A stretch of DNA of 41,288 nt, from positions 1 through 41,288 of the forward strand of contig JAKZUG010000116.1 in the NCBI GenBank assembly GCA_047516705.1, written 5' to 3'. The translations under genes were made by a program, and so were the position numbers. Positions 26,410 through 35,584 of this stretch are shown here, piece by piece; the first letter of the stretch is position 1, and each line of letters starts with the position of its first letter. This DNA is from Candidatus Poribacteria bacterium (GTDB taxonomy: Bacteria; Poribacteria; WGA-4E; WGA-3G). Below the pieces are notes generated by a model. The model saw only the letters and a list, made by a program, of their open reading frames with translations. It did no database searches and was not told the DNA's origin.

Positions 26410-27405
26410 ATGGAAGTTTACCGTTGGGAAGACCGAAAATTTGGGAGGTTTGAGCCTTTACGTTTTGGTGCAGAGCGCGACTTTGAGGACCTCCTCGAAA
26501 AGGATGCGACGCTGATCCTTGGTGAACCTCTCTGTGTTATCAGCAGGCAACCGCCGCTGAGTACGTCAAAGCAAAAAATTGACCTACTTGCACTCGACCG
26601 GCTGGGCAATTCTGTGATTATTGAGCTCAAGCGTGGAAAACCCTCAAGGACAGCGATCACGCAGATTTTAGAGTATGCTGCCGGTGTTTCTCAACTCTCT
26701 TTTATAGAATTAGAACAACTCGCTTACCGATGGTGCCTACAGCACGGCAAAGAGTTCTCAACACTCACGGCACTGCACAGCGAATTTTTTGGATATGAGC
26801 CTGGTGATATCCGTAAATCTGCATTCAATCAGCGACAACGATTGGTGCTTATTTCGGAGGGGGTGGACACACGTGTTTTAGAAGTCGCTGAATATCTGCG
26901 GGCATTGGGATTAGACCTCACTTATATATCCTATTTTTCTTATCACGCGCTTGACGAGATTTTGGTCGCAACCGAAACTGTTCTGGGGGGAACAGTCGTC
27001 AAGGAGCAAGAACGGAGTTATGGGCACACGGCGCAGCAGTTTATGACGCTCGCGTCATTCATTGAGACGCTACAGGTGAACGAGGAACTCCTACAAGTTG
27101 CCAACGAGTTTTTAGAGTATATTGACACATGCGGTGCAACGCTTCGACCTCGTATCGCGAAACTCCGGATGACCATCGGTGGATGCTGGTGGCTTGACAC
27201 GTACCCTTCAAGAAGAGCCACCCATTTCAGGGTGGATGTCCATGGTGACTTTACGCCGCTTCATATCGTTGAGTGCAGAGCGAATTTGCCTAACGTGACA
27301 GTCAAAAATTTCGGTATCTCTTTCAACGTCGCTACTAAAGCACATCTGGATTATGCTATTGAGATTTTTGAGCGTGTTCGGAATTCTATTCTATCCTCAT
27401 TGTAG
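26410..27405 (+). CDS. PD-(D/E)xK nuclease-fold protein (NucS/DUF91-like N-terminal domain) with unassigned C-terminal half
   Basis: SEKD-type lead-in ERDFEDLLEKDATLILGEP followed by KIDLLALDRLGNSVIIELKRGK (D..E-x-K) and QILEYAAGV. This is the characteristic layout of the NucS C-terminal nuclease domain. Confidence 0.7.
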   Translation: MEVYRWEDRKFGRFEPLRFGAERDFEDLLEKDATLILGEPLCVISRQPPLSTSKQKIDLLALDRLGNSVIIELKRGKPSRTAITQILEYAAGVSQLSFIELEQLAYRWCLQHGKEFSTLTALHSEFFGYEPGDIRKSAFNQRQRLVLISEGVDTRVLEVAEYLRALGLDLTYISYFSYHALDEILVATETVLGGTVVKEQERSYGHTAQQFMTLASFIETLQVNEELLQVANEFLEYIDTCGATLRPRIAKLRMTIGGCWWLDTYPSRRATHFRVDVHGDFTPLHIVECRANLPNVTVKNFGISFNVATKAHLDYAIEIFERVRNSILSSL

Positions 27406-27547
27406 TGTTAATATCCGAAAGGACTTAAGAGTAGCTTGCGTTGAGAACTCAACCTTGGTATTAACCATTTTTCGATTGATGTTATACTCGTCATAAACCC
27501 GTTTTTGACAATGGAAAAAACGGCGCGAAAACCCGATAATTAAAAAC

Positions 27548-28576
27548 ATGAATTGGCTCCGTTTTGGCAATCCCGAATACCTCCATTTTCTATGGGCAGT
27601 GCCGCTTCTAATTTTCCTACTTCTCTTTGGACTGCGCCAGAAGCAAAACGCACTGCTACGATTCCACAGCAATGTGGACCCCAGGCATCTAAAATACCAC
27701 AAGGTTCAAGCCGGATTATTGCTCCTAAGTTATCTCTTCGTCACACTCGCAATAGCACGTCCGCAGTGGGGGGCAAAACCCGAACCAGTCGTTGAGAGGT
27801 TGGATGTCATGCTTGCACTTGATATTTCAACCAGTATGCTTGCGGAAGATGAGAAATCTGTTCGGCGACTCGACCACGCTAAAGAGTTCATATTCTCACT
27901 GTTAGATGAGCTTGAGGGGGACAGGGTGGGATTACTCTACTTTGCAGAGGCAAGTTTCGTGGTATGCCCGCTGACGAGCGATACTGCTACCCTTCGAGAA
28001 TTCTTAGCGGCGATAACCGCAGAAACACTTGCGCACAGCGGTACCCGTATCCCGAACGCGATTGAAACAGCAGTCGATCGACTTATTTCAGATCAAAACC
28101 GTACAGCAATAGTATCCGATTTCGGTGGACAGAAGGTCCTGATTCTTTTTACAGATGGGGAGGATCACGCGGAAAAGGCAGTTGAGGCAGCAAAAACAGG
28201 GACCCAGAAGGGCGTGCATATCTATTGCGTTGGTGTTGGCAATCCTACCAGATCTGTACCTATTCCACTTCAGGGAGATACCGGTGCAGCAACTACGCCG
28301 TACAAACGCGATGCTAATGGACAACTCGTGCTGACAGCGTTAGATGAGACGCGTCTGCAAGAGATTGCCAAAGCCGGAAACGGTAACTACTACCATGCAA
28401 CAAGAGGGATTGCCGAGTTAGCGGCTGACTTAGCGCGACTCGAAAAGCAAAAGTTCAGAATCAGTTCTGATAGTGGCTATCAAGAACGCTTCCAATTATT
28501 TGTCGCTGGTGCACTAATTCTGCTTATCTGTGAGTTATTTCACTTTGCAATATGGACTCGTAGATTGCGTCGTTAA
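27548..28576 (+). CDS. BatA-type von Willebrand factor A domain membrane protein
   Basis: N-terminus FGNPEYLHFLWAVPLL with a TM helix, MIDAS motif DVMLALDISTSM, LFTDGEDH, and a C-terminal TM helix. Confidence 0.85.
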   Translation: MNWLRFGNPEYLHFLWAVPLLIFLLLFGLRQKQNALLRFHSNVDPRHLKYHKVQAGLLLLSYLFVTLAIARPQWGAKPEPVVERLDVMLALDISTSMLAEDEKSVRRLDHAKEFIFSLLDELEGDRVGLLYFAEASFVVCPLTSDTATLREFLAAITAETLAHSGTRIPNAIETAVDRLISDQNRTAIVSDFGGQKVLILFTDGEDHAEKAVEAAKTGTQKGVHIYCVGVGNPTRSVPIPLQGDTGAATTPYKRDANGQLVLTALDETRLQEIAKAGNGNYYHATRGIAELAADLARLEKQKFRISSDSGYQERFQLFVAGALILLICELFHFAIWTRRLRR

Positions 28577-28625
28577 AAAACGGTACATATTGCGACCACG
28601 GTATATTCCAACTTATGCGATGGTA

Positions 28626-29624
28626 TTATGCCTTTTTAAAAATCAAACCGTCCGGACGATAGCGCATCATTAAAATTAAGATAATGCCAAAGATCAGATA
28701 GCGCGCACCTGCAAATTGAGGGAAATAGGAAAGAATTTCTCGCAGGATTTCACTTAGGGAACCGAGAATAATTGCCCCTATAACGGATCCCTTAATGCTT
28801 CCCTTGCCGCCGAGGATTACCATACAGAGGATGAGGATGGATTCCCAAAATTCAAAGGTTCGTGCGCTAATGATTGACCCAAAAGGTGCTAAAAAAGCTC
28901 CACCGAGTGCTCCAATAGCTGCACTAATAGCAAAGGCGAGCGACTTGTATCGGCTGATATTGATTCCCATAGACGCTGCGGCTTGTTCGTCTTCTCGGAT
29001 AGCGACCCATGCTCTTCCGACGCGAGAATACTGTAACCGGTATGTAACGAATATGACCAAAGCGAGTAAGATGAGAATATGGTAATAGTGGTGCCAATTT
29101 TGATCGAGTTTTATCCCGAAAATCGTGGCGTGTGGAATGTTTTTGACAAATCCGTTGATATCGCCAATCAGCCATATTTCGTTTTTCACGATACGGAAGA
29201 GTAGTTCTGCGAACCCGAAGGTAACGATTGCGAAGTAATCGCCAGTGAGTCGTAAGGTGGGGGCACCGCGCAACAATCCCCAAAGCGCACCGTTGAGAAC
29301 GGCTAACGGCAGGACCATCCAGTAACTAAACCCAAGTCGCGTCATCAAAAGTCCTGCGGTGTATCCTCCGATGAGGTAAAACCCAACGTAGCCGAGGTCT
29401 AACAACCCTGTAAATCCACAAACGATATTTAGACCGATCGCGAGGAGTGTATAGAGACCAATTTGAACAACAATGTAGAGAATATAATCCCCGCTCGGTG
29501 TTGGGAGAAAGATGTCGCGATAGGACAGTAAGAGGTGAATGTAATCCACTGCATACATAAGGGGTGGAAAGAAAAAAATGAGGCAACAGAAGATTATATT
29601 TTTCGGTGTTAACTTGTCTTGCAT
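28626..29624 (-). CDS. livM: branched-chain amino acid ABC transporter permease
   Basis: Multi-TM protein with GLLDLGYVGFYLIGGYTAG and VGRAWVAIREDEQAA motifs. Start is uncertain: ATG at 29624, or TTG at 29696 overlapping livH by 29 nt. Confidence 0.88.
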   Translation of the reverse strand: MQDKLTPKNIIFCCLIFFFPPLMYAVDYIHLLLSYRDIFLPTPSGDYILYIVVQIGLYTLLAIGLNIVCGFTGLLDLGYVGFYLIGGYTAGLLMTRLGFSYWMVLPLAVLNGALWGLLRGAPTLRLTGDYFAIVTFGFAELLFRIVKNEIWLIGDINGFVKNIPHATIFGIKLDQNWHHYYHILILLALVIFVTYRLQYSRVGRAWVAIREDEQAAASMGINISRYKSLAFAISAAIGALGGAFLAPFGSIISARTFEFWESILILCMVILGGKGSIKGSVIGAIILGSLSEILREILSYFPQFAGARYLIFGIILILMMRYRPDGLIFKKA

Positions 29625-29667
29625 GGTTTTCTCGGGTCGTAAACTTAATTCTACCCTTGACCTCAAT

Positions 29668-30618
29668 TTAGGCGCGGGTTGCAGTTGATGTTCCAAACAG
29701 CCCAGAAGGACGGATTAAAATGACAGCAATCATGACAATATAAGCGATGGCTACCCGATACCCGGAACCGTAGCCGTGGGGGATATAGCCAGCCCCAAAT
29801 ACTTCAGCGAATCCTATAAGGAGCCCTCCAAGCATTGCGCCGCTAATATTTCCGATTCCACCGAGGACAGCAGCAGCAAACGCTGCGACTCCCTTGTAAT
29901 ATCCCATCGTCGGTTCAATAATTTCCTTCACCCCGACCATTACCCCCGCAACAGCACCTAAAGCGGAACCGATAGCGAACGTTATAATAATGATTTGGTT
30001 GGTATTGATACCCATCAAATTGGAGGCAACCCGATTTTGGGCACAAGCCCGCATCGCTTTGCCGATCTTTGTTAAAGAGACTAACCGGTTTAGTGCGATC
30101 ATTAGCACGAGTGCGAGGAGAATAATAGATAAATCCCGGTAAGGTAGGTAAGCACCACCAGGGAGTGCAATCGCGGTCTCGGTCAACGAAAATGCCGGTA
30201 GAGCTTCAGTCGGAGGGGCACCTTGCCTCAAAAACGCTGGTAGAGATTCGGGTGGAAAAGGACGTTGCCTCGCACCCCAGAGAATTCGGGCGAGGTTTTG
30301 CAGACCGATTGAAACGCCGATGGCTGTAATTAATGCTGAGAGACGCGCGGCGTTACGGAGTGGTCGATAAGCAACTAAATCCATCAACACTCCGATCCCA
30401 GCACAGAGGAGCATGCTGATAGGGAGTGCTACCCAAAATGGTAGGTTGAAAACCGTAACCAAGGTGAACGCGAGGTAAGCACCAAACATGAAAATTTCGC
30501 CGTGGGCGAAGTTAATCAACTGAATAATACCGTAAACCATGGTATAACCGACAGCAATAAGTGCATAAATCCCGCCGAGAACAAGGGCATTAATGAATTG
30601 CTGTGAAAATTGCTCCAT
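29668..30618 (-). CDS. livH: branched-chain amino acid ABC transporter permease
   Basis: MEQFSQQFINALVLGGIYALIAVGYTMVYGIIQLINFAHGEIFMFGAY is the canonical LivH N-terminus. Confidence 0.92.
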   Translation of the reverse strand: MEQFSQQFINALVLGGIYALIAVGYTMVYGIIQLINFAHGEIFMFGAYLAFTLVTVFNLPFWVALPISMLLCAGIGVLMDLVAYRPLRNAARLSALITAIGVSIGLQNLARILWGARQRPFPPESLPAFLRQGAPPTEALPAFSLTETAIALPGGAYLPYRDLSIILLALVLMIALNRLVSLTKIGKAMRACAQNRVASNLMGINTNQIIIITFAIGSALGAVAGVMVGVKEIIEPTMGYYKGVAAFAAAVLGGIGNISGAMLGGLLIGFAEVFGAGYIPHGYGSGYRVAIAYIVMIAVILIRPSGLFGTSTATRA

Positions 30619-30852
30619 AATTCTTAAATTCCTGTTGTTTGTGCTTTATAGTAAAGCCCGAAAACATGTTGACATTTCAATGGACAACTGTTCCGCAAAC
30701 ACACTCCGTCACTAGCGAGGTTAGGGATGCAGATCGCATTTGGGCGAGTACGCCGCAAAGCCTCGCCAGCGAAAAAGGAGGGCTGCTGTCCTCACCTCGG
30801 ATTTTACTATAAAAGAATTTGCGTAAATCTCAATTTCTCATTCTTGAGATTC

Positions 30853-32034
30853 TCAGTTAAAGATTTGCTTAGGAGCAGTCGCGAATTTACCATCTTTAAT
30901 GACTTTGACGTAGGCGGGTTTATTAACAGTGTCACCGTTTTTGTCAAAATAGGTTAACCCAGTAATTCCTTTGTATCCTTTTTCTGGCGTATCTAATGAT
31001 GCCAAGTGATCGCGAATGGATTTTCGATTTTCGGCGAGGGATGCATCCTTATTATAGGTTTTTCCAATTGCATCTGCGACCATACCCATTGCATCGTAAG
31101 TTAATGCAGCCCATGTATCGGGTAAAACCCCGTAGTCATTTTCAAATGCTACAGAGACTTGCTGTGCCTTCTCTCCACCTAACTCAAACGTAAATGGTGT
31201 CGTAAGGTATGTTCCCTCTGCGGCTGCACCTGCGATTATGAGGAAATCTGGAGAATCCACGCCATCAGCCCCGAAAAACTGAGCGGTGATCCCTGCTTCA
31301 CGCGCCTGTTTAGCGATTAATCCTGCTTGACCGTAAAGACCAGAGATAAAGATAATGTCTGGATTTTTTGCTTTGATACTGGTGAGCTGTGCTTTAAAAT
31401 CCGTATTATCCCGGTCGTAGGCTTCAGAGGCAATAACATTGAGTCCAATTTCTTCTGCAGCAGCGCTGAAACCGTCTCGAAGCCCGCGTCCATAATCGTC
31501 GTTGTCAAATAAAATGGCGACAGACTTAAACACTTCCAAGGAATTCTTAATATATTTGGCGATGAATTGTCCCTGAAAATCATCTCGATACAAATTCCGA
31601 AATGTCCAGTCACTTCCTTCACAGACGCTTACATTTGTTGAGCCTGGGGACAATTCAACGATGCCATTCGCTTTATAGATACCCTTGCCAGCTAAGGAGC
31701 ATGCACTGTTAAAATGCCCAACAACCGCGAGGATTCGCCGGTCAGTTGCGAAGCGTGTGGCAACAGCTCTCGCCTCCTTTTCTGTCCCGGTATCATCTCC
31801 GAAAATGAGCCTTAACTTCATGCCGTTAATGCCGCCCGCTTCATTGATTTCTTTTGCCTTGAGTTCAGCACCGCGTTTAATCATCTCCCCGAATGCTGCT
31901 GCATTGCCTGTAAAGGGTCCGGCGACAGCGACTCTTACCTCTCTCTGAGGTTCCTGTTTGTCTTTACTTGCAGGCTCACATCCCCAAACGGATACAAGTC
32001 CGACTATTAGCAATCCGACAAGCCAATTTCTCAT
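30853..32034 (-). CDS. ABC transporter substrate-binding protein (LivJ/LivK-like, Peripla_BP_6)
   Basis: ATG at 32034 lies 8-9 nt after AAGGGAG. Signal/lipobox-like MRNWLVGLLIVGLVSVWGC. Motifs VAVAGPFTGNAAAFGE, AVVGHFNS and IFISGLYGQAG. Confidence 0.88.
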   Translation of the reverse strand: MRNWLVGLLIVGLVSVWGCEPASKDKQEPQREVRVAVAGPFTGNAAAFGEMIKRGAELKAKEINEAGGINGMKLRLIFGDDTGTEKEARAVATRFATDRRILAVVGHFNSACSLAGKGIYKANGIVELSPGSTNVSVCEGSDWTFRNLYRDDFQGQFIAKYIKNSLEVFKSVAILFDNDDYGRGLRDGFSAAAEEIGLNVIASEAYDRDNTDFKAQLTSIKAKNPDIIFISGLYGQAGLIAKQAREAGITAQFFGADGVDSPDFLIIAGAAAEGTYLTTPFTFELGGEKAQQVSVAFENDYGVLPDTWAALTYDAMGMVADAIGKTYNKDASLAENRKSIRDHLASLDTPEKGYKGITGLTYFDKNGDTVNKPAYVKVIKDGKFATAPKQIFN

Positions 32035-32112
32035 TTGTTGTGTGCTCCCTTCATTGTGTAACGGATCCTGCATGTTATCAATACGAATTAAGCATTTGAG
32101 ATTATCGCTATT

Positions 32113-32877
32113 TTATGGCAGGACCTGTTTAAAGTCAAATTTAAATTCCAATTTATCCTGTTTACCATCTTGGATTATCCGAACTTCAGGTAGAACGATT
32201 CTGAGATCTGTAGCACTACTCTCAAGCCGGTCAAAAATTAAGAAACCACTCCGTTTCGCACCAGAGAACAACTTACCGCTTTCAAAAATGCTGTCCTCTA
32301 TCACAACGCGTCCCCACTCTAACGCCTCAGCATCTACATAAGACTGATAATAGCCGTAGTAAGAGGGATAAGCAGTGGCGGCATAGGGATAAGCTGCCCC
32401 CCAAGGATCACTATGTGAGAGGTTCACGTTGTCGTAAAGTGAATCAAAGTAACCGTTAGGTAGATTGGCATATTGCGCGCCATTTGCATCGATAAGCACT
32501 GCTGTGTCATAGACGACAACCCTACGGTTATCACGGTTGTGAACTATAATTTCAAACACGGTGTAGGTAGGTTCAACAGTACCGTTTCTCTCGACGATGA
32601 GGTAGGGGTTTATCTTCGGGTCTTCAGTGAGTGCGAACAGTTCCACCTCATCAAGCGGTTTGATGGTAACGGCGACTCCGTTTTTCACAACGGTTGCGGC
32701 ACCTGTCTCTGCATTGATCTGGGCGTTAAAACGTCCGGCAATGGGCTCCATGTAGACATCGATTGAGGGTTGTGGTACAACAGCACATCCTACCAACAGT
32801 GCCCCCGTTAGAAGAAGCAAACCGATGCTGCCCATAATCTGATACAGAAAGAAGATGCGGTTTTTCCTATAAGTCAT
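32113..32877 (-). CDS. putative lipoprotein, function unknown
   Basis: ATG at 32877 lies 8 nt after AGGAGGG. Lipobox LLTGALLVGC. No recognisable catalytic motif. Confidence 0.65.
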   Translation of the reverse strand: MTYRKNRIFFLYQIMGSIGLLLLTGALLVGCAVVPQPSIDVYMEPIAGRFNAQINAETGAATVVKNGVAVTIKPLDEVELFALTEDPKINPYLIVERNGTVEPTYTVFEIIVHNRDNRRVVVYDTAVLIDANGAQYANLPNGYFDSLYDNVNLSHSDPWGAAYPYAATAYPSYYGYYQSYVDAEALEWGRVVIEDSIFESGKLFSGAKRSGFLIFDRLESSATDLRIVLPEVRIIQDGKQDKLEFKFDFKQVLP

Positions 32878-32980
32878 GACTCTCACCCTCCTGTGTAATT
32901 AAATTCTACACGTTGTGAATTTTATTGTCAAGGTTTTTGTTTTAACAACATTTACGGTGAAATATAAAAATATGTAGAGC

Positions 32981-33073
32981 GTGTCTCATAAATACAATTT
33001 TGTCTAAATTTACCCGAGCGCGGGTATTGTAAATCGGGCTTACAAGGTTTCCCTCCGACGATTTATGAGATAG
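32981..33073. repeat. MITE/REP-like element, family 2, copy D
   Basis: Termini GTGTCTCATAAATA (32981-32994) and ATTTATGAGATAG (33061-33073). The interior (TATTGTAAATCGGGCTTACAAGGTTTCCCTCC) resembles the interior of copy C. Confidence 0.5.
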
Positions 33074-33075
33074 GT

Positions 33076-33130
33076 TGTAGACATCTACTGGTAGGAGTGC
33101 TTTGTAAGTGCAGGTTATTCTCCAATCTAC
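33076..33130. repeat. REP-like intergenic repeat (copy D2)
   Basis: TGTAGACATCTACTGGTAGGAGTGCTTTGTAAGTGCAGGTTATTCTCCAATCTAC aligns with 22910-22962. Confidence 0.55.
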
Positions 33131-33161
33131 TTTAATTGCGCTGAGTGCTGTTTTAGAAACG

Positions 33162-33797
33162 CTAAAACCCCCATTTTAACAGCGTGACGCGGTTATGCCA
33201 GACAAGCACCCCCGTCGCGGTACCGATTGCCGCACCGACGACTACATCTGAAGTATAATGCCGTCCTAAATAGACACGCGAAAAACTGATGAGTCCTGCG
33301 CCAATATAGAGTGGAATTCGCCATCTCGGATACCGATATCCTAAAATAGTTGCAACACTGAACGTAATAGACGCGTGTCCTGAGGGCATTGCTGGATTGC
33401 CCAATGTTTCATCAAGCGGTCGCTTCCTGCCAACCAATCTTTTCATACCAAAGGTTATGATTCCTGCTCCCATGTATGCCGAAGACAAAAGTCTTCCAGT
33501 TTCCCGGTGTGATTCATTTCCGTATGCCATAAGGAGAATTGAGGCACCCATCACCCCTCGATAGTCCCCAAGCTTTGAGATGCCTTCCATGCCTGTCCAT
33601 ATCGGTTCCCGATGTGGTGGGGCATCGTAGATACTATCGAAGAGTGTTTGATCCCAGCGCGATAAGAAAGTTTCGGCATCTGCTTCTAACCCTGTTATAA
33701 AGCCACAAAGAATCAGGGTACATATAAGCCACGATTTAAAGCATTTCGCGAAGACGTAACTCACACACCGGTGCTGCATTGTGAAACTCCACGCCAT
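33162..33797 (-). CDS. PAP2-family (type 2 phosphatidic acid / undecaprenyl-PP-type) phosphatase
   Basis: The three PAP2 motifs: KRLVGRKRP, PSGH and SRVYLGRHYTSD. Several TM helices. Confidence 0.88.
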   Translation of the reverse strand: MAWSFTMQHRCVSYVFAKCFKSWLICTLILCGFITGLEADAETFLSRWDQTLFDSIYDAPPHREPIWTGMEGISKLGDYRGVMGASILLMAYGNESHRETGRLLSSAYMGAGIITFGMKRLVGRKRPLDETLGNPAMPSGHASITFSVATILGYRYPRWRIPLYIGAGLISFSRVYLGRHYTSDVVVGAAIGTATGVLVWHNRVTLLKWGF

Positions 33798-33869
33798 CTA
33801 TGACGTTGTATCTCCTATAGTTTGTGAAGCACAGAATTCTTCATTGCAATAGCAAGATGGGGATGAAAG

Positions 33870-34160
33870 ATGAAAATACGCAATGCCGTAGTTGAGTATA
33901 ACTTGGAGGAAGCGGCATCGATGCTTGATATTTCACCTGAAGTTCTCAAATGGGCGGTGAACGCTGAGCATCTGCAGTGCTACTATCGACTTGGCAAAAA
34001 TGCCTATCGGTTCCATGAAGCGAGTCTCCGTGCGAATAAGGAATTGCTCTCACAAAACGATTATCTCACCGAGTTACTAAACGCGTTTTCGCTTTCAGAG
34101 ACTACCACGGAGCCTGACGCTCCGGAAGCGGATCCACCGTCCAAGCCATCCGATCCATAA
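33870..34160 (+). CDS. small helix-turn-helix protein (excisionase/MerR-like HTH_17-type), tentative
   Basis: LEEAASMLDISPEVLKWAVNAEHLQCYYRLGKNAYRF resembles excisionase-family HTH domains. GGGGA lies 7 nt before the ATG. The last 59 nt overlap the sulfatase gene on the opposite strand. Confidence 0.45.
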   Translation: MKIRNAVVEYNLEEAASMLDISPEVLKWAVNAEHLQCYYRLGKNAYRFHEASLRANKELLSQNDYLTELLNAFSLSETTTEPDAPEADPPSKPSDP

Positions 34161-35547
34161 CTCGCTCCTGCATTTCCAGTTTGATAGCCGTGCAGTCAGG
34201 GGAATCCCAGAGATTGTCTGTTTCGCGTGGGTCCAAATCCAAATCGTAAAGTTCTCCACCGCCTGTCCCGTGGGCACTCACTATCTTATGCTGTCTACTT
34301 CGCACCATAGTCGCATGTGCGGCAGGTTCCCGGTGCCATCCCATAGCGTTGTAATACTCGCAATAGACATCGTCGCGATGTGTATCTAACGCTTTTTCAC
34401 CCGTCAGCAGCGGCAATAGACTCTGTCCTTGCATACCAGCGTAAGGCTGCATATCGCTTGCCTCAAGCAGTGTCGGTGCCAGATCCACTAATTCCACAAG
34501 TGCGGACGAACGTGAACCGTTTTTCAGCATTCCCGGTCCAGAAATAATTAATGGCACGCGGACAGCGGGCTCATAAAAGTAGGGTCCCTTTAGGTAAATA
34601 CCGTGGTCGCCAAGCATCTCACCATGGTCGGATGTGAAAATAACAATTGTATTCTCGCGATGCTGGGTCTCTTCCAAAAAGTCCAGCAAGCGTCCGACTT
34701 GCGTGTCAATAACATCAATCATCGCCCAATATGCGGCGCGTATCCATCGGTGATCTGTATCGCTCATTTGTGTGTAGGGATATCCAGACTTGTTGCCGTA
34801 AGCACCGCCGTGGTCAATCCGTTGCCATATCGGTTTATTTTCCAGTTCACCTTCAACATAATTAGGAAGCGGAATATCATTGAGTATATCGCGATATCGT
34901 TCGAGTGCTGCTACCGGTGGATCAAATGCGTGGTGCGGGTCGAACATATTCAGCGAGAAGAGCCATGGCTGCTTAAAACGTTCAGCACCACCGATAAACG
35001 ACATTGCACGCTCAATTGACCATGTGGTTTGGCTGTGTTCTTCTGACGGAATCACTTGGACGTATTTCGATTCTTGGAACGGCTTGCTATCTCGGCGGAG
35101 GCCTTTATCGCGTAGCCACTGGATATAGTCGTGTGTGAACCAAGCGTCGCTCGGATCATGTGACCAGAAGAACTGATCATAGCCGTCATCAATTCGTTCC
35201 TCTGTTCCCTTACAGACGCGCGGGTTGCAGGGTGCGAGGTGTAATTTACCGGCTAAACCGCAAGCGTATCCTTCATCACGGAACAGTTTCGTCACCAACA
35301 CCTCGTCTGGTGGAATTGCTTGTCCATTTTGCCTACATCGTGTTGTGCGTGGGTACCGTCCGGTGAGAAAACTTGCCCTGCTCGGTGTGCAGACCGGACT
35401 TTGTGAATATGCGTGTTCAAAGAGGACACCTTCTTGTGCCAACTTGTCCAAATTTGGTGTCTGGACAAACGGATTGCCATAACAACCTAATGAATCAAAG
35501 CGCTGCTGGTCGCTACAAATCCAGAGTATATTCGGCTGATTTTCCAT
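34102..35547 (-). CDS. sulfatase (formylglycine-dependent arylsulfatase family)
   Basis: ILWICSDQQRFD, the Cys-type FGly motif SPVCTPSRASFLTGRYP, GKLHL and FTSDHGEMLGDHG. No signal peptide is evident. Confidence 0.92.
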   Translation of the reverse strand: MENQPNILWICSDQQRFDSLGCYGNPFVQTPNLDKLAQEGVLFEHAYSQSPVCTPSRASFLTGRYPRTTRCRQNGQAIPPDEVLVTKLFRDEGYACGLAGKLHLAPCNPRVCKGTEERIDDGYDQFFWSHDPSDAWFTHDYIQWLRDKGLRRDSKPFQESKYVQVIPSEEHSQTTWSIERAMSFIGGAERFKQPWLFSLNMFDPHHAFDPPVAALERYRDILNDIPLPNYVEGELENKPIWQRIDHGGAYGNKSGYPYTQMSDTDHRWIRAAYWAMIDVIDTQVGRLLDFLEETQHRENTIVIFTSDHGEMLGDHGIYLKGPYFYEPAVRVPLIISGPGMLKNGSRSSALVELVDLAPTLLEASDMQPYAGMQGQSLLPLLTGEKALDTHRDDVYCEYYNAMGWHREPAAHATMVRSRQHKIVSAHGTGGGELYDLDLDPRETDNLWDSPDCTAIKLEMQERVMDRMAWTVDPLPERQAPW

Positions 35548-35584
35548 ATTTGTTCCTTCTTCTCCTCTGGACTTACGCGAATTT

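Noticed and set aside
26303-26515. 70-aa ORF spanning the REP-like repeat and the start of the nuclease gene.
   Set aside because: It begins with GTG inside a repeated non-coding element and runs out of frame into a better-supported CDS.
30727-30957. 76-aa plus-strand ORF in the spacer between the binding-protein gene and livH.
   Set aside because: It lies opposite to the operon direction, overlaps the binding-protein 3' end, and has no RBS or motifs. The region is better explained as a structured spacer.
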